Source of the DNA: Octopus bimaculoides
Lineage: Eukaryota
DNA length: 64,000 nt
Assembly: GCF_001194135.2 (NCBI RefSeq)
Contig: NC_068986.1
Coordinates: 77,977,351-78,041,350, forward strand
Direction of reading: 5' to 3'
Both the position numbers and the translations under genes were made by a program. Shown piece by piece: positions 52,524 to 64,000 of this stretch. Below the pieces are notes generated by a model. That model was not told the origin of the DNA. It ran no database searches and saw only the letters and a list, made by a program, of their open reading frames with translations. Numbering within the stretch: the stretch's first letter is position 1; each line of letters starts with the position of its first letter.

Positions 52524-55500
52524 TGTATATCAATATATGCATATATATATATGTGTGTGTGTATATGTATGTGTGTATGTGTATATGATGATTGCCACTT
52601 CTTTACAGAAGAAGGCAATCTCTTCAATTAATAAATACTGTCATGAGATCTTATAAGAGTACAAGTCTTGAAAAACAAACTCTACTGCAGATCTTATAAA
52701 TATTTTTAAGCAGAAATATATACACACACATACATGCACAATAAGCTTGTTTCAATTTCCATCTATCAGACTCATTCACAAAGCTTTGGTGAGATCGAGC
52801 TGTTAGTAGAAGACAAGGTGACATGCTCTGGGGCTGAACCAAAGGCTGGAAAGCAAGCTATATATCCTCCTTTAATACTAAGCTTTATACCAATAGGATT
52901 TCTCGCAGGAAAAGATGGGGAAATCTTTTAACTGGATTTCAATAAGATTTGAAGTTAGATTTTATTTCCTTAACATGATTTTGTAAGATGGCCATGACAT
53001 TTTTCAGAGCCTCTGGGACTAGTAAGATGAAGGACAGTGTCTATGACCTTTTCAAGGCCCTCTAAGACAGGTGGAAAGAAATTTAATGCTGGAAATATAT
53101 CATAAAAAACTAGTCTCTGTGGTTCCATAAAGTAAATAGCAGTCATATACTGGGGGTTATTATAATTGATTGATTTTTTCTCTAAAATTTCTGAACTTGT
53201 GCTTAAATTAGAAATTTAGAAATTAAAATACAGAACTAATTATCATAATTTCTCATATGAAGAAGTATTTAAATTACATTTGAGAAAATGAATGAGAAAG
53301 AATTAGTAATGGTTTTACAGATGAAATAAATGAAAATGTCTTTTAAACAATTTTTCTTTCTGTATTATTCTTAAGCAACAAAACTAAATTTCAAACAAAG
53401 GCCTATTTGATAAAACCCTTACTTTCTCTTTTGACTGCTCAAAGTTCATGGTGAGAGAAGCAAGTATCTTTGTAAAGCTATCAAATACCCACCACCCAAA
53501 AAAGATTAAAATAAAATTATAAATTCTTATTTTCTTAAGATTAACATTTATGCATATAATTAGTTGAAAAGCACTGCCTCAAGAAAAGCTGCTGTGAAAG
53601 TGGATGTGGTTTTCCCCATGAACTTTAAAATGTTCTAGAAATCAAGCAGGAATACTGAGAAAGAGTATTACTAATTGTTAATCTAGTACCATCCTCCAGG
53701 AATTTAACTGGCAACAAAATTTAGTTGCACCAAAGCTCAGTTCAGTGCTGTGAAGCATTCAATCTGTATCAAATAATCCTGTATGATTGAAGTTTACTCT
53801 AGTAAGGGCCCTTGCATTTCTTTTATGTCATACAATTTTTCTGGGTGCCTCCAACAAAATAAACATATAAAGAAACCACAATAGCATCTTGTAAGGTATA
53901 TTATTATTACCACCAGTATGTTAAATGCTAGAAATAACAAACTATAACCTCTATGCATAAATCATCTAAGTCTAAGGATTTCTGTTGGACAGGCTCAAAC
54001 ACATATTGGTTTCAAATTTTGGCACAAGGCCAGAAATTTGAGGGGATGAGGTAAGTTGATTACATCAACCCCAAGTTCTCAGCTGGTACTTATTTTATCA
54101 ACCCTGAAAAAAATGACAGGTAAAGTCGGCCTCAGTAGAATTTGAACTCAGAACATAAAGACAGATGAAATGCCACTAAATATTTTGCCTGGCATATTAA
54201 TAATTTTGCTAGCTCCAACTATCACAAGATGTCAAGACAAAGAGACACAAGCAAGCACATTCCCAACACACACACACACAACACACTTTGATTGGCCTGA
54301 GGTTGTACTAGAAGACACTTGCCCAAGGTGCCACTGAACCCAGAACCATATGGCTGGAAGGCAAACACATATACTTAATGTTTACTGTTTCAGTTCACAC
54401 ATTGCCTATGACTCATGAATTTTTGCATCATATTTTAGTCTGTCATTAAAATGTGTTTATAAACATGTTTAGAATAAGATGCTAAAATCAATTTCCTGCT
54501 CATCTCACCTACACAATTTCAAAATGTACATAAAAATAAAACACCACTCTATCATTTATCTATCTTCACCAAACTTAATGTTAGGATGTCAAAACCCTAA
54601 AATATATCTCAGGGAAATTGCAGTTAGCCTGTTTCAAACTATGCCATATTACCTGCTGCTGCAGCAGCAGTCATCACTACCAAAAGAGGCCGGATAGCAA
54701 CCAAGATAAAACGATGCCTTGAAAGCTAAAATTGCACCTGAAACAACTAAATATTTCAACACATAATGTGCAACAGAGTCTAAGACTGAAACAGAGAAAC
54801 ACACCATATCTGGTCTGCTGGTTGATAAAATTAGTATCGGCTGAGCATTGGGGTTGATGTAATCAACCTACCTACTTCTAGCATAATGGATGTCCACTTA
54901 GTGGTCATCCCTCTTATATGTATGCAATATAATTTTTCTGAATCTTCAGATTTTTTCAATATGCCCGGCCACTGGTTTTAAATTGATATTAATCAAATTA
55001 ATATTCAATTTTTCACCCTACTTATTTAAATTTATATATATATATCAACATACATAAAAAAAAGTCATTGCCACATCATTTTATGTTCTTTTCCTCTAGT
55101 ACTACCACAAGTTGAACCAATCTCATATCTCAGTATTTATTAGTCTTGCCATTATTAGCTGTTATCTAAGGTGGCAAGCTGGCAGAATTGTTAGCATACT
55201 GGACAAAATGCTTAGTGGTATTTCGCCTGTCACAGCATTGTGAGTTCAAATTACATTGAGGTTGACTTTGCCTTTCATCCTTTCGGGGGTCAATAAATTA
55301 AACACAGGGGTCAATGTAATCGATTATCCCCCTCCCCTAAATTTCAGGCCTTGTGTCTATAGTAGAAAAGATTATCACCTGTCATTTGTGTTTCCACTCC
55401 CTTGGCTATGGTCTTTTATCTTCAAATCTTTTGTGATATTTCATTGTTTTGTAAATGCAAAAATAGAGTAAAACTGTCTCACTGTACCATAAGGCATAAG

Positions 55501-56614
55501 TTGTACCACTTCTTATTCAAAGTCTCTACTCACCGTGATGGATAGAGTGCAATGCAGCTTGGGAACTTTACATTTCATTTGTACACACAAGCATGCATAA
55601 ATACAAAAGAAAAACTACAGTCTTCACTTAGAACCCTGATTGATTTGGTAATTTCATATCATGCTTTTGGTAATTGTTTTAGGTGCTGGTGTTGTCATGA
55701 GCAGAAATAAGCATCTTCTTGATCCTTCCACTTCTGAATCAGGAGTGGAAGAATGTTGCTGCTGGAAGGAGAGAGAACTGTATCAGCACTCAGCAGGTAT
55801 TGATTTCAGCTGAGCAAACTGGGACAATGTGAAATAAAGTACCTTGCTGAAGGACACAATGTGTTACTTTGTCCAAGAATTGAACACACGTCCTAACCAC
55901 TAGGCTATGTAATGCACCAGTAAACCTCAACCATCTCCCTATGCTACAAGTGAACTAAATTATATGAGTATCTGTATTTAAACTGTGAAATTTAGAAGTA
56001 CCCTACCTTAAAGTTGTGTCTTTGAAGCATTCCATATTACTGTTAGTCATCACTGAAAATAGGGAAGAGCTTTAGCCCATCCCTCTTAATTATTAAGAAA
56101 GATAAGGCGTATAAAAATAAGCTAAACTGATGTATGCTGGGTCTACAGAAACATGCCTAAAAATATGTAGCTAAAAGTATTAGGACCTTCCATAAAATAA
56201 AGATTAGTAGATAAAAGGCATTTGAGTATGAATAAAATGAAGTGTATAAGTTCAATCCTTTGAAGAAAATGGAGTTTCTCTGAAGGAGCTTTGAAATAAT
56301 GTTACTTGACAGGGTATGTAGCTTAGAGATAGGGATTCTCTCCAGACTGAGCTGCTACTTCTCTGTATTGGAAGATTACAGCTCAGGTACCACAGATACA
56401 TGGTTAGAATGCTGCAGGAAAGGACTGCAAGATAGATTCTTTAAGCCAGGCCAACTAGCAAGAGACCTAGGGGTACATCATGAATGAGATGTTTGGATAA
56501 TATCCATAATCTCAGATAGTCATGCTTGAGAATCCAGCAGGAAAGTTTAAAGACATTTGTTTCTGATAGGATCTTGTGGAGGCAGTACATAGTAACAGGT
56601 ACAGAGGAAAAAGG

Positions 56615-56828
56615 TGGTGAGCTGGCAGAATTATTATCACCCTGGGTGAAATGTTTAGCGGCATTTCATCCATCTTTACATTCTGAGTTCAAATTCTGCT
56701 GAGATCAACTTTGCCTTCATCCTTTCAGGGTCAATAAATTAAGTACCAGTGAAACACTGGAGTTGATATAATCGACTTACCCCTCTCCCTGAAATTGCTG
56801 GACTTGTGCCAACATTGGAAACCAATAT
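56615..56828 (+). mobile_element. tRNA-derived SINE family B
   Basis: ggtggtgagctggcagaa...ctgagttcaaattc...ttgcctttcatcctttcaggg...taagtaccag. Other copies lie at about 21255(+), 55169(+), 58254(+), 13415(-), 49375(-) and 54005(-). Confidence 0.82.
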
Positions 56829-56857
56829 TTAGACAGAAACAAGTAAAAAAGTATATA

Positions 56858-57020
56858 GGCACAGGAGTGGCTGTGTGGTAAGTAGTTTGCTAACCAACCA
56901 CATGGTTCCGGGTTCAGTCCCACTGCGTGGCACCTTGGGCAAGTGTCTTCTACTATAGCCTCGGACCGACCAAAGCCTTGTGAGTGGATTTGGTAGATGG
57001 AAACTGAAAGAAGCCCGTTG

Positions 57021-57057
<37 letters not shown>

Positions 57058-57267
57058 TTGTGTGTCTGTGTTTGTCCCCCTAGCATTGCTTGACAACCGA
57101 TGCTGGTGTGTTTACATCCCCGTCACTTAGCGGTTCGGCAAAAGAGACTGATAAAATAAGTACTAGGCTTACAAAGAATAAGTCCTGGGGTCGATTTGCT
57201 CGACTAAAGGCGGTGCTCCAGCATGGCCACAGTCAAATGACTGAAACAAATAAAAGAGTAAAAGAGT
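56858..57267 (+). mobile_element. Near full-length tRNA-derived SINE (family A, central TA/TG microsatellite)
   Basis: A-box-like TGGCTGTGTGG and B-box-like GGTTCAGTCCC, then gcaagtgtcttctactatagcc ... cagcatggccacagtcaaatgactgaaac. Confidence 0.88.
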
Positions 57268-58769
57268 GTTGTCTTGTCATTATCATAGTCATTAATATCC
57301 GGTTTTCATTTTTGCATGGGTCAGATGGAATTTATCAAAGATTTTCTGCAGGGAGTTCAGTTCTACCTTCTATAGTATCTTTCAATAACTTACAATAGGA
57401 AAAGGAGGGTTGAAGGTCATTGCCCCAAGCGCTGAGTTTTAAAGTTATCTCTGATCGTCAAACCATTCTTGATAAAATCTCAGTTCTGTTAAATTTTATC
57501 AGATTTAATTAGACTTGTTATACTTCGTTCTGAAAGGTGACAACATAAATTTGTTTTTGTGAAAATGTTTTCTGTGTATAACACTCTCTGAAAGATCGTA
57601 GTTTTAACAGTGGTTGAGTAAGTAGCCTTTGTCAGTTCTAATTAAAACAACAACAATAACAGAACAAACAGATGACAGGCGACATTGAGGTTACTAGAGA
57701 GGCTGAAATGTTTGCCATTCTCATCAAGTTACAGCAGCAAATCTTTCTTTCAATCATATCCTGACTAAATTACTTTGGATACTACCGCTTTACTACATTT
57801 CACCCATAATTTAAACAACTAGTAACTATCATATTTCTACTCTGTGCATGAGAGCCAATGAATTAAGCCAATGAATCAAGCCAATGAAAATGCCTGTATG
57901 TGGTCATTGGACCTGCTAGCAGTAGCAGCCAAATCTCAATCAATTTTTTTCTTATAAAGGATGGACACCATGGATAATATTATTCTTATGTGTGGAAAGA
58001 AAAATATAAAAGATTGCATCGTTGTCGTTGGAACCTCTTTGATCATAAATCTCCTTGATTTGTATTGATAAGAGGATAAACAGCAACCATAGAGAATTCT
58101 ACAATATCTATGCTGTAGCCATATTTGCTAAAACCACAGCTTACAGCTCTTATAAAAGTCAGTGAGAGACGTTTTCTGTTGCCAAACAAGTGTAAGAAAA
58201 AATTCAGAGTGCAAAAACATCTCAGCCTTTGTTGCTCTCCATATTCATTTTAGGGTGGTGAGCTGGCAGAATAATTAGCATACCTGGCAAAATGTTGTTA
58301 AGCATTTTGTCTGTCTTTATGTTCTGAGTTCAAATTCCACTGAGTTCAACTTTGCCTTTCATCCTTTTGTGCTTGATAAAATAAAGAACTAGTTGAGTAC
58401 AGTGGGTGGTGTTATGTTATCGACTTATCCTCTCACACTAAATTGCTGGCCTGGTGCCAAAATTTGAAAACAATATTTAACTGCATTTTCTAACATTCAA
58501 ATCAAGCAGTTTGTAAGAAAAAGCGATTTACTTCCGTTTTAATTTTTCTAGCTCTCCTCTCTACACACAGATTCAAGCATGCATCATTGGGGTTCCCTAA
58601 TTACAATTTCTGGCTCAGCTGATGAATGCACTAACTTAATTACTCTCTAAGACTCATGAAAATGAATCATTATTTCAAAACAGCAAGCTCTTGAACTGTC
58701 CTCCAGTTTCAGAAAATTCTTTAATTACTTCATATTTGATAAACATTTACTCTAAGACAAATATGGGTG

Positions 58770-58985
58770 GAGGGGTACTGAAAAGTTCCTGGCTTTGGGT
58801 TAAAGAAAATGCAGGAGGATCAGTTAATTTATGATTTATCCAATATATTCCCCTCTCAGATTCATACACTAATAACAACTGTCCTTCACTTTTTGTAAGC
58901 CCTGTAAAATAACATGGAAGGTTGGACCTTCAACTAGGCCTTTCACAATACCCTTAAAGCCAAGAACTTTTCAGCACTCTTTGTA
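58770..58985. mobile_element. About 210 bp mariner-type MITE
   Basis: gaggggtactgaaaagttcctggcttt ... aaagccaagaacttttcagcactct. Confidence 0.72.
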
Positions 58986-61900
58986 TACAAAATAAATAAA
59001 AATGATTTGCAAAATGGTTAAATTTTGAGTCAGCATTAATTTGCAAAATCTAGCCAAAGACAGGAGTAACCATGAGAGAAGCATTTGCCTCTGGCTTTAG
59101 GTAATTAAGGTGGGATGGGGACCAAATCTAATTTTAACTCTGGATGACAAAGACACTTGCTACACCACTCTATCTGGTTCAATGTCAAGCTGTATTAGCT
59201 CAGTCGTTTCTCTTATGAAAGATATAATATCAATATCTCTGAACGCTCTCACTGTATACTGTGTCTGTCTAAAGTTACTCAGTTTCATTATTTCTCTTTC
59301 TGGTATATATTACATAATTATCATTGTTTCAATGGCAATTTTTTTCTATACTTGCATGAATTGGTTGGACAACTATACAGATTATTGCCACCTGTCATGA
59401 TACTATTCTGATCTGTCTTTAATACTAATTCTCACATCTTTCATATTATTTTTCACTGGTATCTTACACAGTCAGAACACCACATGTTTAGTCCTGCTAC
59501 AACCTATTCCAATGCAGTTGTTTCCCTAGCAAACCCTGGCTCATGACGTTTATAAGCAGTTGCGCTCTCTGCTAAATATCCCCCAACTTGAATGAAAGTT
59601 AGCATGCACAAAGAGAGGATAAATACTTGTCTTATTTCTCAGTAGCCTTTGTCTAATAATGCACTACATTCAAGATATAGAGGATCACATTATCAAATGT
59701 GACCAACCACTTTTTGAAGGGAGGGTGTGATTTGAGGGAAATTTAGCTGCTATTTCTTGCAGATTAAGTGGCAAAACAGACGGATGAAGTGGGCATCTGA
59801 CGGCTTTACTCCACTCAATCACCTTTAGCTGGGTCCCAAAAATTACTGCTATAAGATCATTGATGGGAGATGAAACTTAAACTCAGAATGCAAGCTGTAT
59901 GGAGTTGAGCAGACACTTAGTCTTGCGCTGTTGAGAACATAACAATTCTCTTAGGTGTCATGATAAAATGTTCACTATACACTCTGTAAAGTGGTTCATG
60001 CTGGGTAGGACATCCAGCCATAGAAACCGAGCCAAAACAGAAATACATGAATGGGATGTGGTTTGTAGAGCCATCTAGGAGAACAGTAACCACAAAATGA
60101 AATTCACATGAACTGTAACAACCTATCCAACCTACGTCAGCATGTAAAGACATAAAACAATGATGATGATGATGATGATGATGCTGATGATGATGGTGAT
60201 GGTGATGGTGATGATGATGATGAAGAATCTTGTCATAATTTATCAATTATTTGTACATTAATGAGAGTTTACTAAAACAGTTTGCATCTAGTCCTTTCAT
60301 TCTTTCCCACTACATAAGAATGTTGCTTGTTGTGAACATCACATCATTTGCAGAGGCTCATATAACCGAGATTTAATTTCTCATAATGTTTGAATTCAAA
60401 ATTTCAACAACTTGTCTATTTGAAATGCAACATAAAATTATCAGACTGTGTAAAATTAGGTGCCTTCCCTTGAAATAAGAGATTTATAGTGTCATAAAAC
60501 CAAACTCCACAAAAGGGATTTCATTTCATGCCTGCTAAACATTTGGCAATTTCTCTCATTTTAACAAGATGAGCTGAAAAGAAGCTTAATTTTTCCAATT
60601 CTGCATTAACGGCTCATATAAATCACTTCAGATCAAGCCATTATTTATTCTAACTGTACTAAATATTAGTCCCTATATCACAACTAAATTCTAACATAAA
60701 ATAACTAAATTGATGATCTGGTTTCATAAACATTCACTTTATAGCCTGAATTACAATTGTTTTTCATTTGATTTGTGTTATTGAGAAATAGTAAGCATTT
60801 ATTCCTATTTCAAATCATCTCTCATATACCCATTTCTACTCACTATCGCTGAAAGGCTGCAACACTATAATCTGTGAATAGTGATCAAATGTTCGATTCC
60901 TCTATATTCCTTGAATCATGCTCTGACCCATGCAAGTATAGAAAAGTGGACATTAAAATGAAAAAAATGATTATATATTCTTGCAAAAGGTCTTCAACCA
61001 TAAAGCAGCTTGAAATGCCTTTGAAGAATTAAGTAATTTCAGGATCCAAAATTCTATGCTACCAGAATAAATAATCTTGTTTCTTGGCAAATATGTGACA
61101 ATTCTAATGGTTATTATTTCAATTAATAAAATTTATTCAGTGCTGAGATATATTGCTTTAAAGTTGGAGAAAAGCTGTAATTTTTTTGCGCAAACCTGAC
61201 ACACACATATTTACATATATTTATGAGTTAAGGGGAATGAGGGAAAATGATAGTAGAGTGAGAGGATAAGAGATTTTACATGTATTTGCCTGAGTTTAAA
61301 TACATTAGTATGTAAATGTTTGAATACACTTGTATATGCATATTTTAAGAGACAAAGACAAAGAAAGAAAGAAAAAGCAAAATATACAAAGAAAAGATCA
61401 GAGGAGTTCATTTTATACATATATACAAAAATATATTTGCAAATACACTTGTGTCAGTAACTCTGTATATGAATTCACATGCGTGTGTGTATGCACATGC
61501 ACATATACTTAATTATGAAGCATCTGTGTGTGTATATGTGTGTGTGTATAATGTATCCCTCCAAGATAACTTGTTCATGTGTCTCCCCCACTCACTTTAA
61601 ACCCTAGTTATAAATGATATAATTAATAGCAAAACTACAACAGTAAACAGATAGAACTGAAATGAATTTCAAACTCCTATAAAGCTTTCTTTGGTTGTAA
61701 AAACTGATTTGACTTTCCAAATTCAGTTCAAAAATAATTTTTACATAGGTACCTGGATTTTCTATGAGAGCCTCCATGTATTAACCTTTTTTAACAACAG
61801 TATCACAACCTATTTGATTTTCTGTGACTTGTTTTGAAGATTCTATATTATCAAACGCATTGTTGATTATCTGGAAAACTGTTAAAAACTATTAAAGCCA

Positions 61901-62888
61901 GGTAAATACTATGTAAGAGATTTATGGTATGGTAGCCTTGTATTATGGTAGAACTGAAATAGATGTAATTGATTACATTGAATATTTGTAGCACAGTAAC
62001 AAAGTTGTAAAAGATTCAAAATTGAAGTCTCTGTTCATAAAGATAATCACTTCTGCTTTACATGCTACGATACATACTTTTAAAAAATCAGCTTTGTAAA
62101 TATGAACTATGAAACCCAATAGGTTGCATTAAAACTTTGCAGTTTTGATCCTAGCTGAATGAAATATATATATTCTTTTATTTCAGCATTGCATAAAACT
62201 GTGTTTTTATATAACAGATAGATTGTGCTTGCAACACTGATTGCTTTCATGATCTTAGGTAAAGTCCATCCCACCATTATCTAGCTGAGACAGCTTAAGA
62301 CTCTTGATCTGTTTACTGGATGATGTCATTATGAGTGGACTGCTTTGATTATCAGATACATTCAAGGTAACCAAATATATTCCAGTCAGAACTCATTGCT
62401 TCCCATCACCTTTGACACTGTTACAATTTCATCAGACCAGTCTACAGGAGTGGTGCTGTAACTCCTTAACTTCTACTTCAAATTACCCAACAATCATATC
62501 CAACATTTTGTGTCCACTCTCAACTAACAGCTCATGTTTTCCTCTCTCCCTCCCAACCTGTAAATCACATACTGATACAATCTCCTTTCTACCTGAAGCC
62601 GATAAAACTAACATCTCACCATTTCTGCTTGTAGCTAACCTAATGAGCACATATCCAAAATTCTGACCAGCTTTTCTTATGCTTAGAAGTAGCTGTCCCA
62701 TCACACAAGTATGACATCAACCACACTCCATCTCTTCAACTCCTTCTTATATATATATATAGTAAGACATCTATTCCAGCTGGCTAATGACACACATTTT
62801 GTGTCCCATTAGTATTTGCGAGGGGAGGTCATCACTCCCATCTCTAGCTTTATGTGATACACATGGACTCGAGTTTCTGGGTGATTAC

Positions 62889-63074
62889 TCATCCTCAACA
62901 TATGTTAATCACAAGCTAGCGATGAAAACACATTTCACTTGCAAAATACTATACACACACACACATATATCTTCTCTCTGTTTATTTCCTCGTGTTCTTT
63001 TCTGTTGAAGAGCGTAGGCTCAAAACATAAAAGACTTTCTCACATTCCCGAGCGTCAAACTAATACACCTGCTA
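62889..63074 (+). repeat. First copy of a duplication flanking an N gap; includes a pLTR/hammerhead-like motif at 62996-63034
   Basis: tcatcctcaacatatg...taatacacctgcta is repeated at 63370-63555. Confidence 0.8.
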
Positions 63075-63138
63075 CATATATATATGTGTGTGTTGTGTGT
63101 GTATGTGTGTGTATGTGTATCACATAAGGCTAGAGATA

Positions 63139-63192
<54 letters not shown>

Positions 63193-63369
63193 NNNNNNNN
63201 NNNNNNNNNNNNNNNNNNNNNNNNNNNNNNNNNNNNNNNNNNNNNNNNNNNNNNNNNNNNNNNNNNNNNNNNNNNNNNNNNNNNNNNNNNNNNNNNNNNN
63301 NNNNNNNNNNNNNNNNNNNNNNNNNNNNNNNNNNNNNNNNNNNNNNNNNNNNNNNNNNNNNNNNNNNNN

Positions 63370-63555
63370 TCATCCTCAACATATGTTAATCACAAGCTAG
63401 CGATGAAAACACATTTCACTTGCAAAATACTATACACACACACACATATATCTTCTCTCTGTTTATTTCCTCGTGTTTCTTTCTGTTGAAGAGTGTAGGC
63501 TCGAAGCATAAAAGATTTTCTCACCTTCCCAAGCATCAAACTAATACACCTGCTA
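63370..63555 (+). repeat. Second copy of the duplication; pLTR/hammerhead-like motif at 63478-63515
   Basis: Identical to 62889 onward for about 105 nt, then about 9 differences in 84 nt. Confidence 0.8.
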
Positions 63556-63690
63556 TATATATGTGTGTGTGTGTCACAGGGAGGAGGAACTCATGAGCAG
63601 TCAACAGGCACCCAACAAATATATGTAAATATATATATATATATATCATTTATATATATTCTTATATGTATATAAACGTATATTTTTACT

Positions 63691-64000
63691 TTTATATTTG
63701 TTGATTTGAACAAAGCATTTGATACTGTTAATTGAAATGATCAGTGGCTAATTCTAAGGAAAATAGGTTGCCCAGAAAAATTTGTAAACATGATCAGGGC
63801 TTTGCATCAAGATATGAAAGCTAGAGTTAACTTTGGTGGTAGGATCTCTGAATCTTTTGCCATGGAAAATGGAATAAAGCAAGGAAACCTTGATGCACCC
63901 TCACTCTTCGCAATATACTTTGCTTTTGTGTTGTCACACACTTTTCAAAACTCTGAGGAGGGTATTTACATAGAATATCGAACAACAGGGAATGTTTTTA
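63691..64000 (+). mobile_element. RTE-clade LINE reverse-transcriptase fragment, running off the window end
   Basis: FIFVDLNKAFDTVN*NDQWLILRKIGCPEKFVNMIRALHQDMKARVNFGGRISESFAMENGIKQGNLDAPSLFAIYF. The stop at 63733-63735 is plausibly CGA>TGA decay. Confidence 0.9.

Noticed and set aside
56858-56935. tRNA-like A/B boxes as tRNA genes
   Set aside because: They are SINE heads followed by repeat bodies, with no complete cloverleaf.
58612-58680. CTGATGA...CATGAAAATGAATCATTA hammerhead-like core
   Set aside because: No convincing stem I and only a 3 bp A-U-rich stem II.
1742-63489. Dozens of ORFs rich in YI, CV, HT, ER or X
   Set aside because: They are translations of (TA)n, (TG)n, (CA)n and (GA)n microsatellites or of N gaps, with no coding signal.
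47586-64000. Search for the upstream Cav3 S4 exon (RVLRPLRAINR)
   Set aside because: No matching sequence was found by eye. It is probably beyond the window, though a gap could hide it.
1-64000. CRISPR arrays or prokaryotic systems
   Set aside because: Spliced animal gene context, and no regularly spaced repeat-spacer structure.

Overview
AT-rich, microsatellite- and SINE-dense animal DNA with about 2 kb of N gaps. The repeat families look like those of Octopus (inference). The only supportable protein-coding content is three minus-strand exons of a T-type voltage-gated calcium channel alpha-1 subunit (Cav3): 47414-47585, 12255-12537 and 5394-5486. They have GT-AG sites and compatible phases (1/2, 2/0, 0/0) and splice into an open frame covering domain I S4-S5 linker, S5, the turret, the pore loop and the start of S6. 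The rest of the window is intron: a 34.9 kb intron, a 6.8 kb intron and two partial introns. These carry several tRNA-derived SINE families, RTE and other LINE remnants, mariner/Tc1 relics and MITEs. Most ORFs in the supplied track are microsatellite or N-gap artefacts. The most interesting observations are: (1) a diverged inverted pair of type I hammerhead-ribozyme motifs at 41414-41855; (2) five copies of a Penelope-like repeat carrying a non-canonical minimal hammerhead fold; (3) two strong intronic hairpins, a 320 nt foldback at 24.7-25.0 kb and a perfect 47 bp inverted repeat at 46.5 kb; (4) two pore-loop codons one A-to-G change from the vertebrate Cav3 residues, which are candidate A-to-I recoding sites. 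All alignments and folds were done by eye, with no database searches.
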